Shown here: positions 49,604 through 62,582 of the stretch, piece by piece
How positions within the stretch are numbered: position 1 is the stretch's first letter
Layout of the letters: each line of letters begins with the position of its first letter
Source: Octopus sinensis
Lineage: Eukaryota
Direction of reading: 5' to 3'
DNA length: 64,000 nt
Assembly (NCBI RefSeq): GCF_006345805.1
Contig: NC_042999.1
Location: forward strand, 163,246,001 to 163,310,000
The notes under the pieces: model-generated
What the model saw: the letters and a program-made list of their open reading frames with translations, nothing else
Database searches by the model: none
What the model was told of the DNA's origin: nothing
Made by a program: the position numbers and the translations under genes

Positions 49604-50034
49604 CATTGAGTGAGAGAGCAGTTCATGCCATCAAAGTGACACTGGGGTAAAATATGCGAAGCCCAATATACCCATCATGACTACCCGTCTGATAAGGGTA
49701 CACCAGGCACATGCATCACAACCATATGTGCGCGACATGGTGATCTCATATCAAGATAAACAGCACATGACCTTGCAGGTGGGGCCCAGTTACAATTTTC
49801 TTCAGATTGAGTAGCCCATCCCGCTCAAAAGGTCCCTGAATAAGGGTTGTTTAAGGATATTGAAAGAACCACCCATGTTTCCAGAGGTGAATTATTCAAA
49901 CCCCAAAGAATCCCTCTCAACACATGGCTATGATGCTCCCCCACTACTTCTGCTCGTGATCAGAGATGCACATATCGTCAGCCACTAAGGACATGCTCAA
50001 CTGGTTAAGGTCAAACAACTGACAAGCAAATCTG
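49604..50034 (-). mobile_element. Repeat family C, 5'-truncated copy
   Basis: Reverse complement of about 11270-11715. Confidence 0.6.
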
Positions 50035-50835
50035 AATTTTTGCTGCACTATTATTATAATTATTATTATCATCATTACCATTAAAGTTACCTTTATTGTT
50101 ATTATTGTTATCATCACCATCACTGCTGTCGCCTCTTCATTAGTTTTACCATTAGCATTAATGTTAATTTTCTTGCCCTTATTACTAGTTTTTACTAAGT
50201 TTTCTAATTCTCTTAATCTACAGGTGTTGTGGGATGCTATTATTTGTGTGAGGTTTAGTTAAACAATCTTCCATATCTGCTTAAGGGAGGGAAATATTTG
50301 TCTCGGGCTGTGAAGAATTTCTTGGGAATATTAGTAGTGATTTGGACCCCAAATGGAGTACTGAACCATATTGTCTATATAGAGTACTTTCTTTTTTATA
50401 TATGGTTGGAATCTATTGTATGCTTCTTTTCTCCCTGCACTATGTCATTTATGTTTATTCTGATCTATGTTGTCATAACTATTATCAACTGCATCAAGGC
50501 CCTTAAGCCTACTGTCTCATTCAAGTGTCTCCCTATTCCTACTGTGGCTATCTTTCAGGAGATGTTGTTTTTGTTTGTCTTCAGGTGGACCTAAGATCTT
50601 ATCCATTAGTCCATTCTAACTTTTGCATTCCATTAGTGTGTTTGGTTTGCTATGTATGGGAGTGTCCACTGGTGGACCTACCATAAGGTTAGCTTTTGTG
50701 TCTAATTTCTTATTGCATTTATCCCTCCTATGATTTGTCCCCCCCCCCACCATTACTTCTCCAGTTTGTACTTGAGTTAAGTTTTGTAGGTGAAGTGATA
50801 TCATTATTCATACATGAATTGCCCTGAGGGATATA

Positions 50836-52096
50836 TTGGGTCATCCCATAAATAATGCAATTTTTTAATACTTTTATTTTTCAAAATTAAGATATACAAA
50901 GTTCTTTATTAATCTAAAATATACTCTCCTTCATTTCCTACAATGCTCTTCCATCTATCTGGTAGACTTCCAAGGCCCCTCTTCCAAAATCTACTTGTCC
51001 GTGATGAAAAGTACTCCTCCAGTACTGTTCTGACCTCATCTACAGAATTCATATTTTTACTGTCCAAATGCTTTTGAAGAATGCAGAATAAATGATAATC
51101 AGATAGGGTAATGTTCAGCAAATATGGTGGGTGGAGCATCATTTCTCATTCAAACTGGTCCAGCCTTTGGAATGTCACTCTCGCTGTATGTGGCCGAGCA
51201 TTATCCTGATGGAAGAATACCTTTCATCTTGAAACCAAATATGGTCATTTTTTCCTCTAGTGTTGACTCTCAATAAATCTCCTTTGTTATCATTTGGTTT
51301 AGGTTTAAAAATGCAAAGTGGACTAAACCTTTCATATCACGCCAAACAGACAACAACACCTTATATGAATGAAGATTTTCTTTAACCTGGGGTGCCAATG
51401 TTTCTCCTTTTCCCTACCTACTCTCTTCAACACTTGACATTTTTATAGAGAACCCATTTCTCATCACCAGTCATTATTTGGTCCAGAAAAGGTTCATTCA
51501 TGAGATGTGACAGCAAGAAAGAGCACACATTCACTCTCTGCATGCGATTTGACTTGGAAAGTTTGTGAGGAACCCATTGACCCAATTTGCTGACTTTTCC
51601 AATGGCAAGTAGGTGTCAATGAATGGTTGAATGGCCAAATCCAAGCTTCTCTGCTAGTTCCTCAACAGTTATGATGGGATTTTGTTCCAGCGGGGTTTGC
51701 AGGATGCTCTCGTTGAGCTCTACAAATCTTCCAGGACAACTTTCATCTTCTAGGCTTTAGTTTCCAACTCAGAATTTCTGGAACCACCATTGACATTGGC
51801 TTATGCTTATTGTCCAGTCCCTATATACTGATTTATTCCTCCCACTTTCCATTGCGTTGTTCCCTTTATTGAATTCATAAAGCAAAATATGCCAAATATG
51901 CTCCTTTGTCACTTCCATTATAGTAAAATAACTGTTAAAACTGAACAGCACTCTTCAAAACTTGCACTTAAGGATAAGTACAAGATAAAATTACTACCTG
52001 CTTTTATAGCAAGTTGATGCAGGTAATTTATCCCATCCCCTCCAACTTTTAGTTCATGCAATTGAAAAAAACCACATTATTTATGGAATGACCCAA
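50836..52096 (-). mobile_element. mariner element, near full length, decayed
   Basis: About 30-bp TIRs TTGGGTCATCCCATAAATAATG, TA on both sides, 1261 bp; HILLYEFNKG and HPPY...SDYHLF motifs. Confidence 0.9.
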
Positions 52097-52229
52097 TATT
52101 TGATTTTTCCACAATAATCAGCCTCTATTAATGCCATGTTGTAGTATCCCTCATGTCCCTCCTATGTTCCCATTTGTCAACGGCCTAGATATTTTAGCAA
52201 ATACCACCCCTTTAGGGATAAAGTTTATG

Positions 52230-53060
52230 TTACTTTTCAGATGAACAGATCCTCAACTTACATACTTTAAATTTCATTTTGCTTATGGAATGGGTGATGT
52301 AGCCCAGTGCTAAACTCGAGTGTGATATGAAGAAAATTAATTTTACTATACTCTGTTTCTATTGATATCTTAAGTCCTAATTGTTTAAAGAATTTTATTA
52401 GTTGCTTCCTAGACTTCTCTAATATGTGAATGTTACAATTTTGTACTGTAAAGAGTGTATTATCCCCATATAGTTCGCCCCTAGTTCCAGAAACTCTGCC
52501 CCTTAAGATGTAAATGCTTACAAGATCTGTAACTTGAACCAAGTCATTTGAACCCATGGTTATATTGAAATTACTAGGTCTGTCTTTCTTCATCCAAAGT
52601 TTTCCATCATATTCTATAATCGTTTTTCTAGCCTCTGTTATAATATTTATTTCTTCCATTATCCTAGTGTTTTTCCTAGCCAAAATTAGTACCTTACTTA
52701 ACAGTATGGGATTTATGGAAGTGAAGTAACTGGAAATGTCTATTTGTATAAACTTTATGTTCCCTTTATCCCTAATGTCCTTAAACCAGTGCAGTACCTC
52801 AAATGAATTAGACCATGAATCTAGCTTGATCATATTCCTAAGGGTGGGTATGTGCCTATCGATAATGAATTTACTTAATCTTCCTAACTGCAACTTGAAC
52901 AGGTATATGAGCCTGACCATAGGTTTAGTGGTAAAGTTAGGTTTGTGATCCTTTAAAGTAATCCTTGGGATTCTTGGTTTGTAAAGCTCCATTCTGTCAT
53001 CTATACATACATAAATATGAAATAGATATCAAACATTGAGAATGAGCGTTCAACACCACA
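52230..53060 (-). pseudogene. Penelope-like RT fragment
   Basis: RITLKDHKPNF...VRLI, QIDISSYFTSI, NITMGS and LYGDN (decayed YxDD). Confidence 0.65.
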
Positions 53061-54206
53061 TTGGTGGATAAAGATTCTTTATTTGTATTTTAAAGCTACC
53101 ACTGGTTTTCTGTTAAAGAATACCTCAACAATTATTTAAGCCTACCACACACACAAAAAAAAAAATCAGAGATGAACAGAAAGGAATACGGAAAGTCCAA
53201 GATGACTACTGGAAAATGAGTTACTTTTAGTAAAGGCAGGTCACGTGGTATTGTTAGAAGTGAGATCAGCATTTCAGCAATACCAAATGCTTTAGAAAGG
53301 AGAATTTCTCAGACTGTGTGGTTGCACAGGAAGCTGGTATCTAGGTGTCTGACAGACCTCTGAAGGGACATAAAAGCCAACAAACCAAGGCCAGCAAGAG
53401 TATGTGTGTGTGTGTATGTGTATGCATATACTAGATGTATAAGTGTATGAATGTGCTTATGTTATTGTACAAGTGTGTTTGTAACTGTGTGTGATGTATG
53501 AGTATGAACACATGTACTTTAGTGCCTACTGTACACAGATGCATGCACGGGCATGTTTAGGATGCATGTATGGATGCGTGCACATGTGTACATTCTTGTA
53601 TTGGTACATAAACATGTGTGTGCTTGTCTGGAAGAATATTTTTGCTTGTGCTTTTGTCTGGTGTGTGCATATATATTCATGATTTTGGTATTATGTGTAC
53701 AGGCATGACAGATGTATGCTAGTGTAGTGGCAACAGGGTTGCTGAGGAGTGAGGAATAGGTATTGGGCTGAGGTTTGGTGGTATGGAGGAGAAGAGGGGA
53801 AAGGAAAAGTATATAGACAAGGCCCCACTCTAGCACTCTCAACTGCCTGCTCTGTCTCTGCAAAAGACTGCACATTCTCCACCAACCTGCAATATCTATC
53901 AACAGGAAATATGAACTATGTTATTGCTACCGCTGCCATTAGAGGTATGTCCTCCTGGCTGCTGGTAACTCAGATATACCATCTTAGCATTGGCTGGCCA
54001 ACAACCAAGAACAGGGTTCCTAACCACCAATACTTACACAGGTCACAGGTCAACCTCACAACCTTATGCACCCCTATAACCTCCTACATTCACCCCCATA
54101 AACACGGAGTATGGATGCAAACACACACATATACACATCTATGTATAGTCACTTACATATACAATCATACACACACATGCACACACACACAAATCTATAT
54201 ACATAT

Positions 54207-54440
54207 AAGGCGGCGAGCTGGTAGAAACGTTAGCACGCTGGGCGAAATTCGTAGCCGTATTTCGTCTGTCGTTACGTTCCAAGTTCAAATTCCGCCGAGG
54301 TCGACTTTGCCTTTCATCCTTTCGGGGTCGATAAATTAAGTACCAGTTACGCACTGGGGTCGATGTCGTCGACTTAATCCCTTTGTCTGTCCTTGTTTGT
54401 CCCCTCTGTGTTTATCCCCTTTATGGGTAGTAAAGAAATA
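54207..54440 (+). mobile_element. SINE family B
   Basis: Same consensus as 24789-25018; TATATACATAT on both sides. Confidence 0.85.
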
Positions 54441-54649
54441 TATATACATATACTTCACCTGTCCTCTCTTTACCCATCATTCCACCAAACCTCAGTCCAA
54501 TGCCTAATTCCCCCACCTTCACCCCATCAGTGCTGTTGCACTACACTAACATACATTTGTCACACCTGCACACATACATACCAAAAGTATGCATATATAT
54601 GTACATACACATGCACACACCAGACAAAATCATATGCACATATATATGT

Positions 54650-54846
54650 TCTTATCAAACTTTTTGCTGGAGCAGAACCCCAAGGAAACATTCCACTGGC
54701 TTGAGGAACCCCTGTGCAATAATTTAATTGTCTTATGCACACATATCTGCACAGGAGAATTAAAAATTACTGCCGATTTTTGCAGTTTTGTAACTTCTTG
54801 CAGAACCCCTGGACTGTGCTGGCGGAACCCTGGTTGAAAACCACTG
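54650..54846. mobile_element. hAT-type MITE fragment
   Basis: Ends GGTTGAAAACCACTG, like the hAT termini at 16972 and 24516; left end eroded. Confidence 0.4.
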
Positions 54847-55380
54847 TTCTAGACAAACACACACACTTATACATTTATACACAATTACTAGAATGTACAA
54901 ACACCCATAGATGCATCCTAAACATGCTTGCACATGCAAGCATATACAGTAGGACTAGCACATATTCATACACATTCACGTACACTCATACAGCCAATAA
55001 CACATCCACATCCATACACTCATATGCCTAGTATACACACATATATACACAAATATGCTCACACATACACACTCACGCACACACTCACCAGCCTTGCTTC
55101 TGTCAGCTTCCAAGTCCCTTCAAAGGCCTGCCAGACATCAAGACACCACCAGCTTGCTGTCCAGTCACATGGTTCAAGAAATTGGCCCATTTTCCAGTAA
55201 CCATCTTGGATTTCCTGTAATCCTCCATTCAGTAATCTGAGCCTGAATGAGATTGCTTTCTGTTAGAAGCCTATAAAACTAAGTTGCATGGAACTGAATC
55301 AAACTGTTTTATATAAGGATACCATGTAACCCCTACTAAATGTGTTGAGTGCGTTTTCCTTTTGTTTATCTACTCACTCA

Positions 55381-55413
<33 letters not shown>

Positions 55414-56150
55414 CAGGCTGAATAAAAAGTAAGCAACCTTTTGAAACATGAAATTCCTCACAATATATTTCAACAATGCAGAAATTTTATTCATCAAAGT
55501 AAGTACCATTACACTCACATTTTTGCCAACAAGTTACAAGTTTGTTTATTCTGGTAACATAAAAACCTGGAGTTCTAGAGCTGATGAATGCTTTGAACAC
55601 ACTTTCAGCATTGTTTTGATGTTTTAACTCTTTCTCTTGCAGGAAACCATCAAGGTACTTGAAAAAGTGGTAGTCGGTAGGAGAAAGGTCTGGGGAATAA
55701 GCTGAATGGGGGAGAACTTCGTAGCCAAGTTCCCTCAACTTTTGGAGCGTCATTAGTAATTTCATGGCAATATGTTTCTGCAGTAATGGTTTTTCTGGGT
55801 TTTAAGAAGTTATAGTAGATGAGTCCAGCAGTACAGCCCCAATCAGTCACCATAGCCTTCTTTTTGAAGAGTTCAGGTTTAGGGAAGGTTTTCAGTGCTT
55901 CATTTTGGTCCAACAACTGTGAAGAATGTTTTTTTATTATTGTACAGAATCCACTTTTCATCACAAGTTACAATATGGTTGAGAAATGGATCAGTCAGGT
56001 TATGGAGAAGAAGTGACAAGCAAATTTCATATCTGCACATTTTCTGATTTGCAGTCAAATTGTGTGGTAGCCATTTGTTGAACTATTTCGATTTTCCAAT
56101 TGCCAGCAAATGGTTGCAGGTAGTTTTCTGGCTAAGTTCTTTTGCCAGTT

Positions 56151-56312
56151 CCCGCTCCGACTCAGGTGTAGCAAGCGGCCAGGGACCCGAAAGATGGCGA
56201 TCCATGCCCGGTCGGGACGAAGCCAGAGGAAACTCTGGTGGAAGTCCGAAGCGCCTCTGACGTGCAAATCGATCGTCGGAACCGGGTGTAGGGGCGAAGA
56301 CCAATCGAGCCG

Positions 56313-56355
<43 letters not shown>

Positions 56356-56473
56356 CGCCAGCGGGAGAACGACACGCAATTCCGTCTGGCAAAGCGAACG
56401 ACTGGAGGCCCCAGGGATGTTGACAGCCTCGATCTACTCTCGAACTCGGAACGGGCGAAATGGGCCGCTCCTC
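56151..56473 (+). rRNA. 28S rRNA internal fragment (pseudogene insertion, not a functional gene)
   Basis: Conserved LSU strings GACCCGAAAGATGG, GAAGCCAGAGGAAACTCTGGTGG, CTGACGTGCAAATCGATCG and TAGTAGCTGGTTCCCTCCGAAGTTTCCCTCAGGATAGCTGG; flanked on both sides by mariner transposase sequence. Confidence 0.9.
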
Positions 56474-57598
56474 TCCACTATGCTCAAGATCTTCAAGGCT
56501 CAGGTCTCCACTGCAAAATCATTTAAACTATTTTTGAGCTGACCACTCACTGGTCATTTCCTCACCAAATGTTTCATTGATATCGTAAGCAGTTTCAGCT
56601 GCTTTATGTCCTTTTTTGAAGTTGAATAGCAAAATTGCTCAAATATCGCACTTTGACAATTCCATTTCAGATGATTGTAACAACAGTGAAAAAAATATCG
56701 ATGTTAATTTATTGATGCATTTGGGCAATTCTATGTCTTTATTATCAGACAATTTCAAAAAATATTTTTTTAAAAATTCAAAACTCTGCAAAAATCTGGT
56801 ACACATTTGTAGTGATGCTACAGTGTAGGGTTCGGCGCGCATGCGCAGAATGGGACTACTTCCGGGTGGCCACCGGAAGTCTTCCCCATGCGCATGTGCG
56901 GGAAAACATCTCTCGAGCCCGCGAACCTCAAATCTCTCTCTTCGGCTCAAGACAGCACTGCGATCGGTCACGGTTTTCCTGGCTCTGACAGCCACACACC
57001 AGCTTCAACCAACTTCAACCAACCTCAACGACCAACACCAGCAGTATCTCAGAGGCTGTCTATTCCCCCATCAGACAACGTACAACCATGAATCAATAAA
57101 CCAAGTTGTCTGTTCACCTTTAACCTGAGTTTCGTCTGTTTGTTTTCTACAAGAATTTTTGTATGTGACTAGAAAGGATCTCGACACCCTGCCAGTGCTT
57201 CGATGATAGATCCTTTCACGTTACAATTGGTGACCCCTAGTTGAGAAAAAGAACAGGATAGAAGAAGACACAGCGAACAGGTTTTTTTTGGGGCCGAAGA
57301 GCGCGGAAATTCACATTTATTTTCCTATTTTCTCCTTTTCAGCACGGCGAGGTGGGTCAAATAACCTTATTCATCGCACACAGTACAAAAAAAAAAAAAG
57401 AAAGAAAACACACACACATTCATTTTTTTTTCCTTTACTGTATTTTGTTTTCCTTGTACACACTTATTCCTTTTTTTGCTACCCACGAGGTGCACACACA
57501 AACACAATTTTCAATTGCCTTCTCGGTTCCACGTGTTCTCTCTCCGTTTCTCGACCATACCTTCTGCCCCCTTCTCACAGACTCCTTCCGACAAAGGC

Positions 57599-58335
57599 AT
57601 GGCTTCAGGTTTGCCTTCATTTACGGGGGATGCGGGGCTGTGGTTTGCACAGGTGGAATCACACTTTGCCGCGCATACCATTCCGCCACAACAGCAGTTA
57701 CATCTACTGTTTTCAAGTTTGCCCTCCCGGCTCGCAACATCGGTCAGGGATCTCATTGTGAGTCCCCATCCTGACGCCACATATGCGTCAGTAAAGGCGG
57801 AGATCCTCCGTCGCAACACGCGCTCAGAGGAATGTCAGTTTAATGAACTGATGGCCGACGAGCAGTTAGGGGACAGAACTCCATCCCAATTTCTGCGCCA
57901 TCTAAGAGAGCTAAGCGGCAACGCCGCTGACGCGCCGCTCTTACGTAAGATATTTTCTCAAGGCTGCCTGCCCACGTGCAGACAATGTTGGCCACGGCAC
58001 TGGATGCTGTGTCTGTGGACCAGATCGCCACGATGGCCGACAAAGTGTTGGAGTTTTCGCGCCCATCTCCCTCGCGGGGCCTGTACGCATGTACAGAGCC
58101 CCCCCCGACTCCTCCGACGAACGATAAACTGGCCGAGAACATCGACGCGCTTACGCGGAGGATCGATGATCTGTGCCGTGTGATCGGACGCCAATCTCGT
58201 AGTCGCAGTAGCTCTATTTCCCGCAGTCGGAGTGACTCTGTTTCTCGTTCCGGCTGGTGCTGGTACCATTCGAGATATGCCGAAAAGGCAGATCGGTGTA
58301 CCCAGCCGTGCACTTTCAAGCCCTCGGAAAACTAA
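57599..58335 (+). pseudogene. gag: gag, with a 1-nt deletion in the T run at 57953-57956
   Basis: LPSFTGDAGLWFAQVESHF...LGDRTPSQFLRHL in one frame; SRLPAHVQTML...[18 protein letters not shown] in the next. Confidence 0.85.
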
Positions 58336-61300
58336 ATCCGGAGGAGGTGAGCACGTCACCTTCGTCCATCTCGTTTCCCAAACATCGTGCATTCTATGTA
58401 AAAGATCTGGTGTCGGAGAAATTCTTCATGGTAGACACCGGCTCCTGTTGCAGCATCTGGCCCCTTCGTCTGGCTGCAGACAAGCCCAAGCGCTCTTCGA
58501 TTGTCTTGCATGCTATTGACTCGTCTCCCATAACCACTTACGGTCAGATTTCGCTGCGCCTCAACCTCAACCTTCGTCGAGACTTTCGATGGGTTTTCGT
58601 CATCGCTGACATCCCGCATCCTATTCTCGGCGCTGATTTCCTGGATAGGTTTAACCTATTGGTGGATGTCAGGCATCGGAGGCTTCTTGATAGCACGACG
58701 TCGCTCTCTACACCGACTGGGAGTTCCGCCACTGCGGTCCTTAGCCCGACATTCTTTGTTGCCACCTCTGGAGACCCTTTTCACTCTCTTTTGGTTTCAT
58801 TTCCGGAGCTAGTGGACATTGCCTTTAAACCGGAAAATCCCACCCACTCGACCCTCCATTTCATCACCACCAATGGGCCACCTGTATTCTCACGCCCCCG
58901 GCGCCTAGCGCCAGACCGACTTAAAACGGCCAGAGCCGAGTTTGAGCACATGCTTCAACTTGGCCTTATACGCCCCTCCACCAGCCCATGGGCATCTCCC
59001 CTTCATTTGGCGCGAAAGGGCGAGTCTGATTTTCGCCCGGTTGGAGACTATCGACGCCTCAATGCCGTCACAATAGCCGATCGCTATCCGATTAGAAATC
59101 TCCGGGACTTTACAGCAAATCTCCATGGTTGTACCATTTTTTCGAAGGTCGATCTGATACGCGCTTACCACCAAATACCGGTCAACCCAGCCGACGTTCC
59201 AAAAACTGCAATCACTACCCCGTTTGGGTGTTTTGAGTTTTTGTACATGAGTTTCGGTTTGCGGAATGCTACTAGCACCTTCCAGCGTTTCATTGATGAG
59301 GTTGTCCGCGGTCTTGATTTTGTGTTTGCCTATGTCGATGACATACTCATTGCGAGCGACACACGAGAAAATCATCTCCGGCACCTTTCTCAACTCTTCC
59401 AGCATCTTCGCGCGTATAGCATACGCATAAACCCCGACAAGTGTGTTTTCGGACGCTCTTCCCTAGATTTTCTAGGGCATCATATTGATTCGACTGGAAT
59501 CAGCCCCCTCTCGTCAAAAGTCGATGCCATTCAACGCATCGCACCCCCCACTTCCTTGCGCCAGCTCAGGCATTATCTAGGGATGGTCAATTTCTACCGA
59601 CGCTTCATTCCCGGTTGTGCAGATAAGCTGCTACCTCTCACCAGGCTGTTAAAGGACTCTCCTAGAAAGGACAGTCAAGTCACCCTCTCTGTTGAGGCAG
59701 TGACAGCCTTTGAGTCCATTAAGAAGGAGCTGGCTTCTGTTTCTTTGCTTGCACATCCAGTTCCTGGTGCTTCTCTCTCTTTGACTGTGGACGCATCGGA
59801 CACTGCGATTGGCGCTGTGTTACAACACACAGTGGATGACCATGTTCGACCTCTAGCCTTCTTTTCCCGTCAACTGCAACCAGCTGAACGACGATACAGC
59901 ACCTTTGATCGTGAGCTCCTAGCGATCTACCTATCGGTTCGTCATTTCCAGCATCAACTTGAAGGGCGAGATTTTGTGATCTATACGGATCACAAGCCCC
60001 TTACGTTTGCCCTGTTTTCAAAAACGGACAAACTCTCACCCCGTGCTTTTCGGCACCTGGATTTTATCTCTCAATTTACTAGCAACATTCGACACATACC
60101 TGGAAAAGAGAACGTTCCTGCTGACGCTCTCTCTCGCCTTCCAGTTTGCGCCCTTTCGTCTCCTGCTGCTATCGACTTAGCTGCCATATCGCAGGAGCAG
60201 CCACCTTTGGCGTCGTTAGATTTAACTTCTCCCAAGTTCTCCTGTTGCCAGTTTTCCTACCTTCCGCTTCCGTCAGCCGAAGGCACCATTCTTTGTGACA
60301 CTTCAACTGGATCTCCCAGGCCACTGGTGCCTGAGACCCATCAACGCTCAGTGTTTGAAGCACTGCACTCCTTATCACATCCTGGCATCGCTGCCACCCT
60401 CAAACTAATCACTGCTCGGTTTTTCTGGCCGAATATGCGTCGCACAATTACTTCTTGGACACGCACCTGCTCCAAGTGTCAACGATCCAAGATTCAACGG
60501 CACGTTCGTGCCCCGCTTGGACAATTTCCCCCCACGGAGGCCCGTTTTCGCCATGTCCACATCGATCTGGTTGGACCATGGCCTGTGAGTCGCGGGTTCT
60601 CTTATCTATTAACTTGTGTCGATCGTTTCTCCCGCTGGCCAGAAGCCATTCCGATAGCAGACATTTCTGCTGAGACTGTTGCGCGAGCTTTCGTTTCAAA
60701 CTGGATTTCTCGCTTCGGAGTCCCGTCCCGATTGACAACTGATCGTGGACGACAGTTTGAGGCCTCGCTATTTCGCGAATTGTCGCGAATTTTGGGTATG
60801 CACCATATCCACACCACAAGCTACCATCCAGCGTCTAATGGATTGGTTGAGCGGTTCCATAGACAGCTCAAGGCCGCTCTTCGTGCCTCTTCGGACCCAC
60901 AGTCCTGGATCGAATTTCTGCCCATTGTGCTTCTCGGCTGTCGGACTGCTGTCAAGGCAGACCTGGGGTTTTCTGCTGCAGAGCTGCTGTATGGTACCAC
61001 ACTGGCATTGCCCGGTACGATGTTGGTGCCAGACACTTCCCCGCCCCATGATCCGGCGACCTATGTCACCAGACTGCGGGAATATTTTTCAAACCTTCCG
61101 CCCATGCTTCCCAGAAAGCAATCTCCACTGTCCCATCTTCCACCGGATATGAACACCTGGTCGCATGTTTTTGTTCGGGACGATTCTGTGAAGGGCCCAC
61201 TTGTTTCTCCCTATAAAGGACCTTTTCGTGTGCTTTCTCGCACACCAAAGGTTTTCACGATTGAGATAAATGGTCGTTCGGAGACCGTTTCCGTGGACCG

Positions 61301-61718
61301 TTTAAAAAAGGCACATTTTGAGACGTCTTCATCTTTTGATGACAACCTTGACACACCCACCTATGCACCTTTAACAACACTTTCACCTGCACAAACGCCT
61401 TCACCTGCACAAACGCCTTCACCTGCACAAACGCCTTCACCTGCACAAACACCTTCCGGCTCCTACAACACCACCCTCGCCGTCAACGGGTGCCCCGAGC
61501 ACACCGTATGTTACAAAGTCGGGCAGAACAGTGCATTGGCCCAAGAAACTTTCAAAAACAATTTACATTTAACTTTAAAATGTTTCTTATTGTATAATAG
61601 TATGTACCAAGTCTTCTGGGGGATCGGCAAGCCTTCTGTTTTCTGCAGCACCACCACAATATTCTGGTTGCCGTACTTCGCACTCGGAGGGGAGCCCTGT
61701 AGTGATGCTACAGTGTAG
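58326..61718 (+). CDS. pol: pol (PR-RT-RNase H-IN); C-terminal tail probably frameshifted
   Basis: [24 protein letters not shown] and [15 protein letters not shown] (58326-58332) is followed by a 7-nt spacer and the hairpin GGAGGAGGTGA/TCACCTTCGTCC. An 18-bp unit repeated 4 times encodes SPAQTP. Confidence 0.88.
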   Translation, partial: GKLNPEEVSTSPSSISFPKHRAFYVKDLVSEKFFMVDTGSCCSIWPLRLAADKPKRSSIVLHAIDSSPITTYGQISLRLNLNLRRDFRWVFVIADIPHPILGADFLDRFNLLVDVRHRRLLDSTTSLSTPTGSSATAVLSPTFFVATSGDPFHSLLVSFPELVDIAFKPENPTHSTLHFITTNGPPVFSRPRRLAPDRLKTARAEFEHMLQLGLIRPSTSPWASPLHLARKGESDFRPVGDYRRLNAVTIADRYPIRNLRDFTANLHGCTIFSKVDLIRAYHQIPVNPADVPKTAITTPFGCFEFLYMSFGLRNATSTFQRFIDEVVRGLDFVFAYVDDILIASDTRENHLRHLSQLFQHLRAYSIRINPDKCVFGRSSLDFLGHHIDSTGISPLSSKVDAIQRIAPPTSLRQLRHYLGMVNFYRRFIPGCADKLLPLTRLLKDSPRKDSQVTLSVEAVTAFESIKKELASVSLLAHPVPGASLSLTVDASDTAIGAVLQHTVDDHVRPLAFFSRQLQPAERRYSTFDRELLAIYLSVRHFQHQLEGRDFVIYTDHKPLTFALFSKTDKLSPRAFRHLDFISQFTSNIRHIPGKENVPADALSRLPVCALSSPAAIDLAAISQEQPPLASLDLTSPKFSCCQFSYLPLPSAEGTILCDTSTGSPRPLVPETHQRSVFEALHSLSHPGIAATLKLITARFFWPNMRRTITSWTRTCSKCQRSKIQRHVRAPLGQFPPTEARFRHVHIDLVGPWPVSRGFSYLLTCVDRFSRWPEAIPIADISAETVARAFVSNWISRFGVPSRLTTDRGRQFEASLFRELSRILGMHHIHTTSYHPASNGLVERFHRQLKAALRASSDPQSWIEFLPIVLLGCRTAVKADLGFSAAELLYGTTLALPGTMLVPDTSPPHDPATYVTRLREYFSNLPPMLPRKQSPLSHLPPDMNTWSHVFVRDDSVKGPLVSPYKGPFRVLSRTPKVFTIEINGRSETVSVDRLKKAHFETSSSFDDNLDTPTYAPLTTLSPAQTPSPAQTPSPAQTPSPAQTPSGSYNTTLAVNGCPEHTVCYKVGQNSALAQETFKNNLHLTLKCFLLYNSMYQVFWGIGKPSVFCSTTTIFWLPYFALGGEPCSDATV

Positions 61719-62172
61719 GGTTCGGCGCGCATGCGCAGAATGGGACTACTTCCGGGTGGCCACCGGAAGTCTTCCCCATGCGCATGTGCGGGAAAACATC
61801 TCTCGAGCCCGCGAACCTCAAATCTCTCTCTTCGGCTCAAGACAGCACTGCGATCGGTCACGGTTTTCCTGGCTCTGACAGCCACACACCAGCTTCAACC
61901 AACTTCAACCAACCTCAACGACCAACACCAGCAGTATCTCAGAGGCTGTCTATTCCCCCATCAGACAACGTACAACCATGAATCAATAAACCAAGTTGTC
62001 TGTTCACCTTTAACCTGAGTTTCGTCTGTTTGTTTTCTACAAGAATTTTTGTATGTGACTAGAAAGGATCTCGACACCCTGCCAGTGCTTCGATGATAGA
62101 TCCTTTCACGTTACACATTCTTCATGGTTCAAAACATTGCTTACTTTTTACTCAACCTAATATATATATATA

Positions 62173-62569
62173 TTCTTTTACTTGTTTCAGTCATTTAATT
62201 GTGGCCATGCTGAAGCACCACCTTTAGTCAAACAAATTGATCCCAGGACTTAGTTTTTGTAAGCCTAGTATTTATTCTATCAGTTTCTTTTGCTCATCTG
62301 CTAAATTACGGGGACATAAACACACCAACATCATTTGTCAAGCGATGGTGGAGGGACAAACACAGAACACAAATACATACATTTATAGAAATATATATAT
62401 ATATACATATATGACAGGCTTCTTTCTGTTTCCATCTACCAAATCCAGTCACAAGGTTTTGGTCAGCCTGAGGCTATAGTAGAAGACACTTGCCCAAGGT
62501 GCCATGCAGTGGGACTGAACCCAGAACCATGTGTTTAGTAAGAAAGCTTCTTACCACATAGCCACTCCT
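62173..62569 (-). mobile_element. SINE family A
   Basis: Older copy of the same consensus. Confidence 0.75.
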
Positions 62570-62582
62570 ATAAATATATATA

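Larger units (their letters stand above)
56808..62115 (+). mobile_element. Ty3/gypsy LTR retrotransposon, CsRn1/Kabuki/Boudicca clade (5308 bp)
   Basis: 418-bp LTRs at 56808-57225 and 61698-62115 with no difference found, 4-bp TSD CATT, tRNA-Trp-type PBS TGGTGACCCC at 57228-57237, PPT GGAGGGGAGCCC, and a CHCC Gag motif CWYH...C...C. Confidence 0.95.
55413..62160 (-). mobile_element. mariner element carrying a 28S rRNA fragment and a nested gypsy
   Basis: TIRs TCAGGCTGAATAAAAAGTAAGCAA (55413) and TTGCTTACTTTTTACTCAACCTAA (to 62160). Decayed transposase from about 56665 down to 55487: LLFNFKKGHKAAE and YSPDLSPTDYHFF. Confidence 0.85.

Noticed and set aside
56151-56473. rDNA locus or R1/R2 target site
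   Set aside because: Only a ~320-bp internal piece is present, with no flanking rDNA and no recognisable R2 target sequence.
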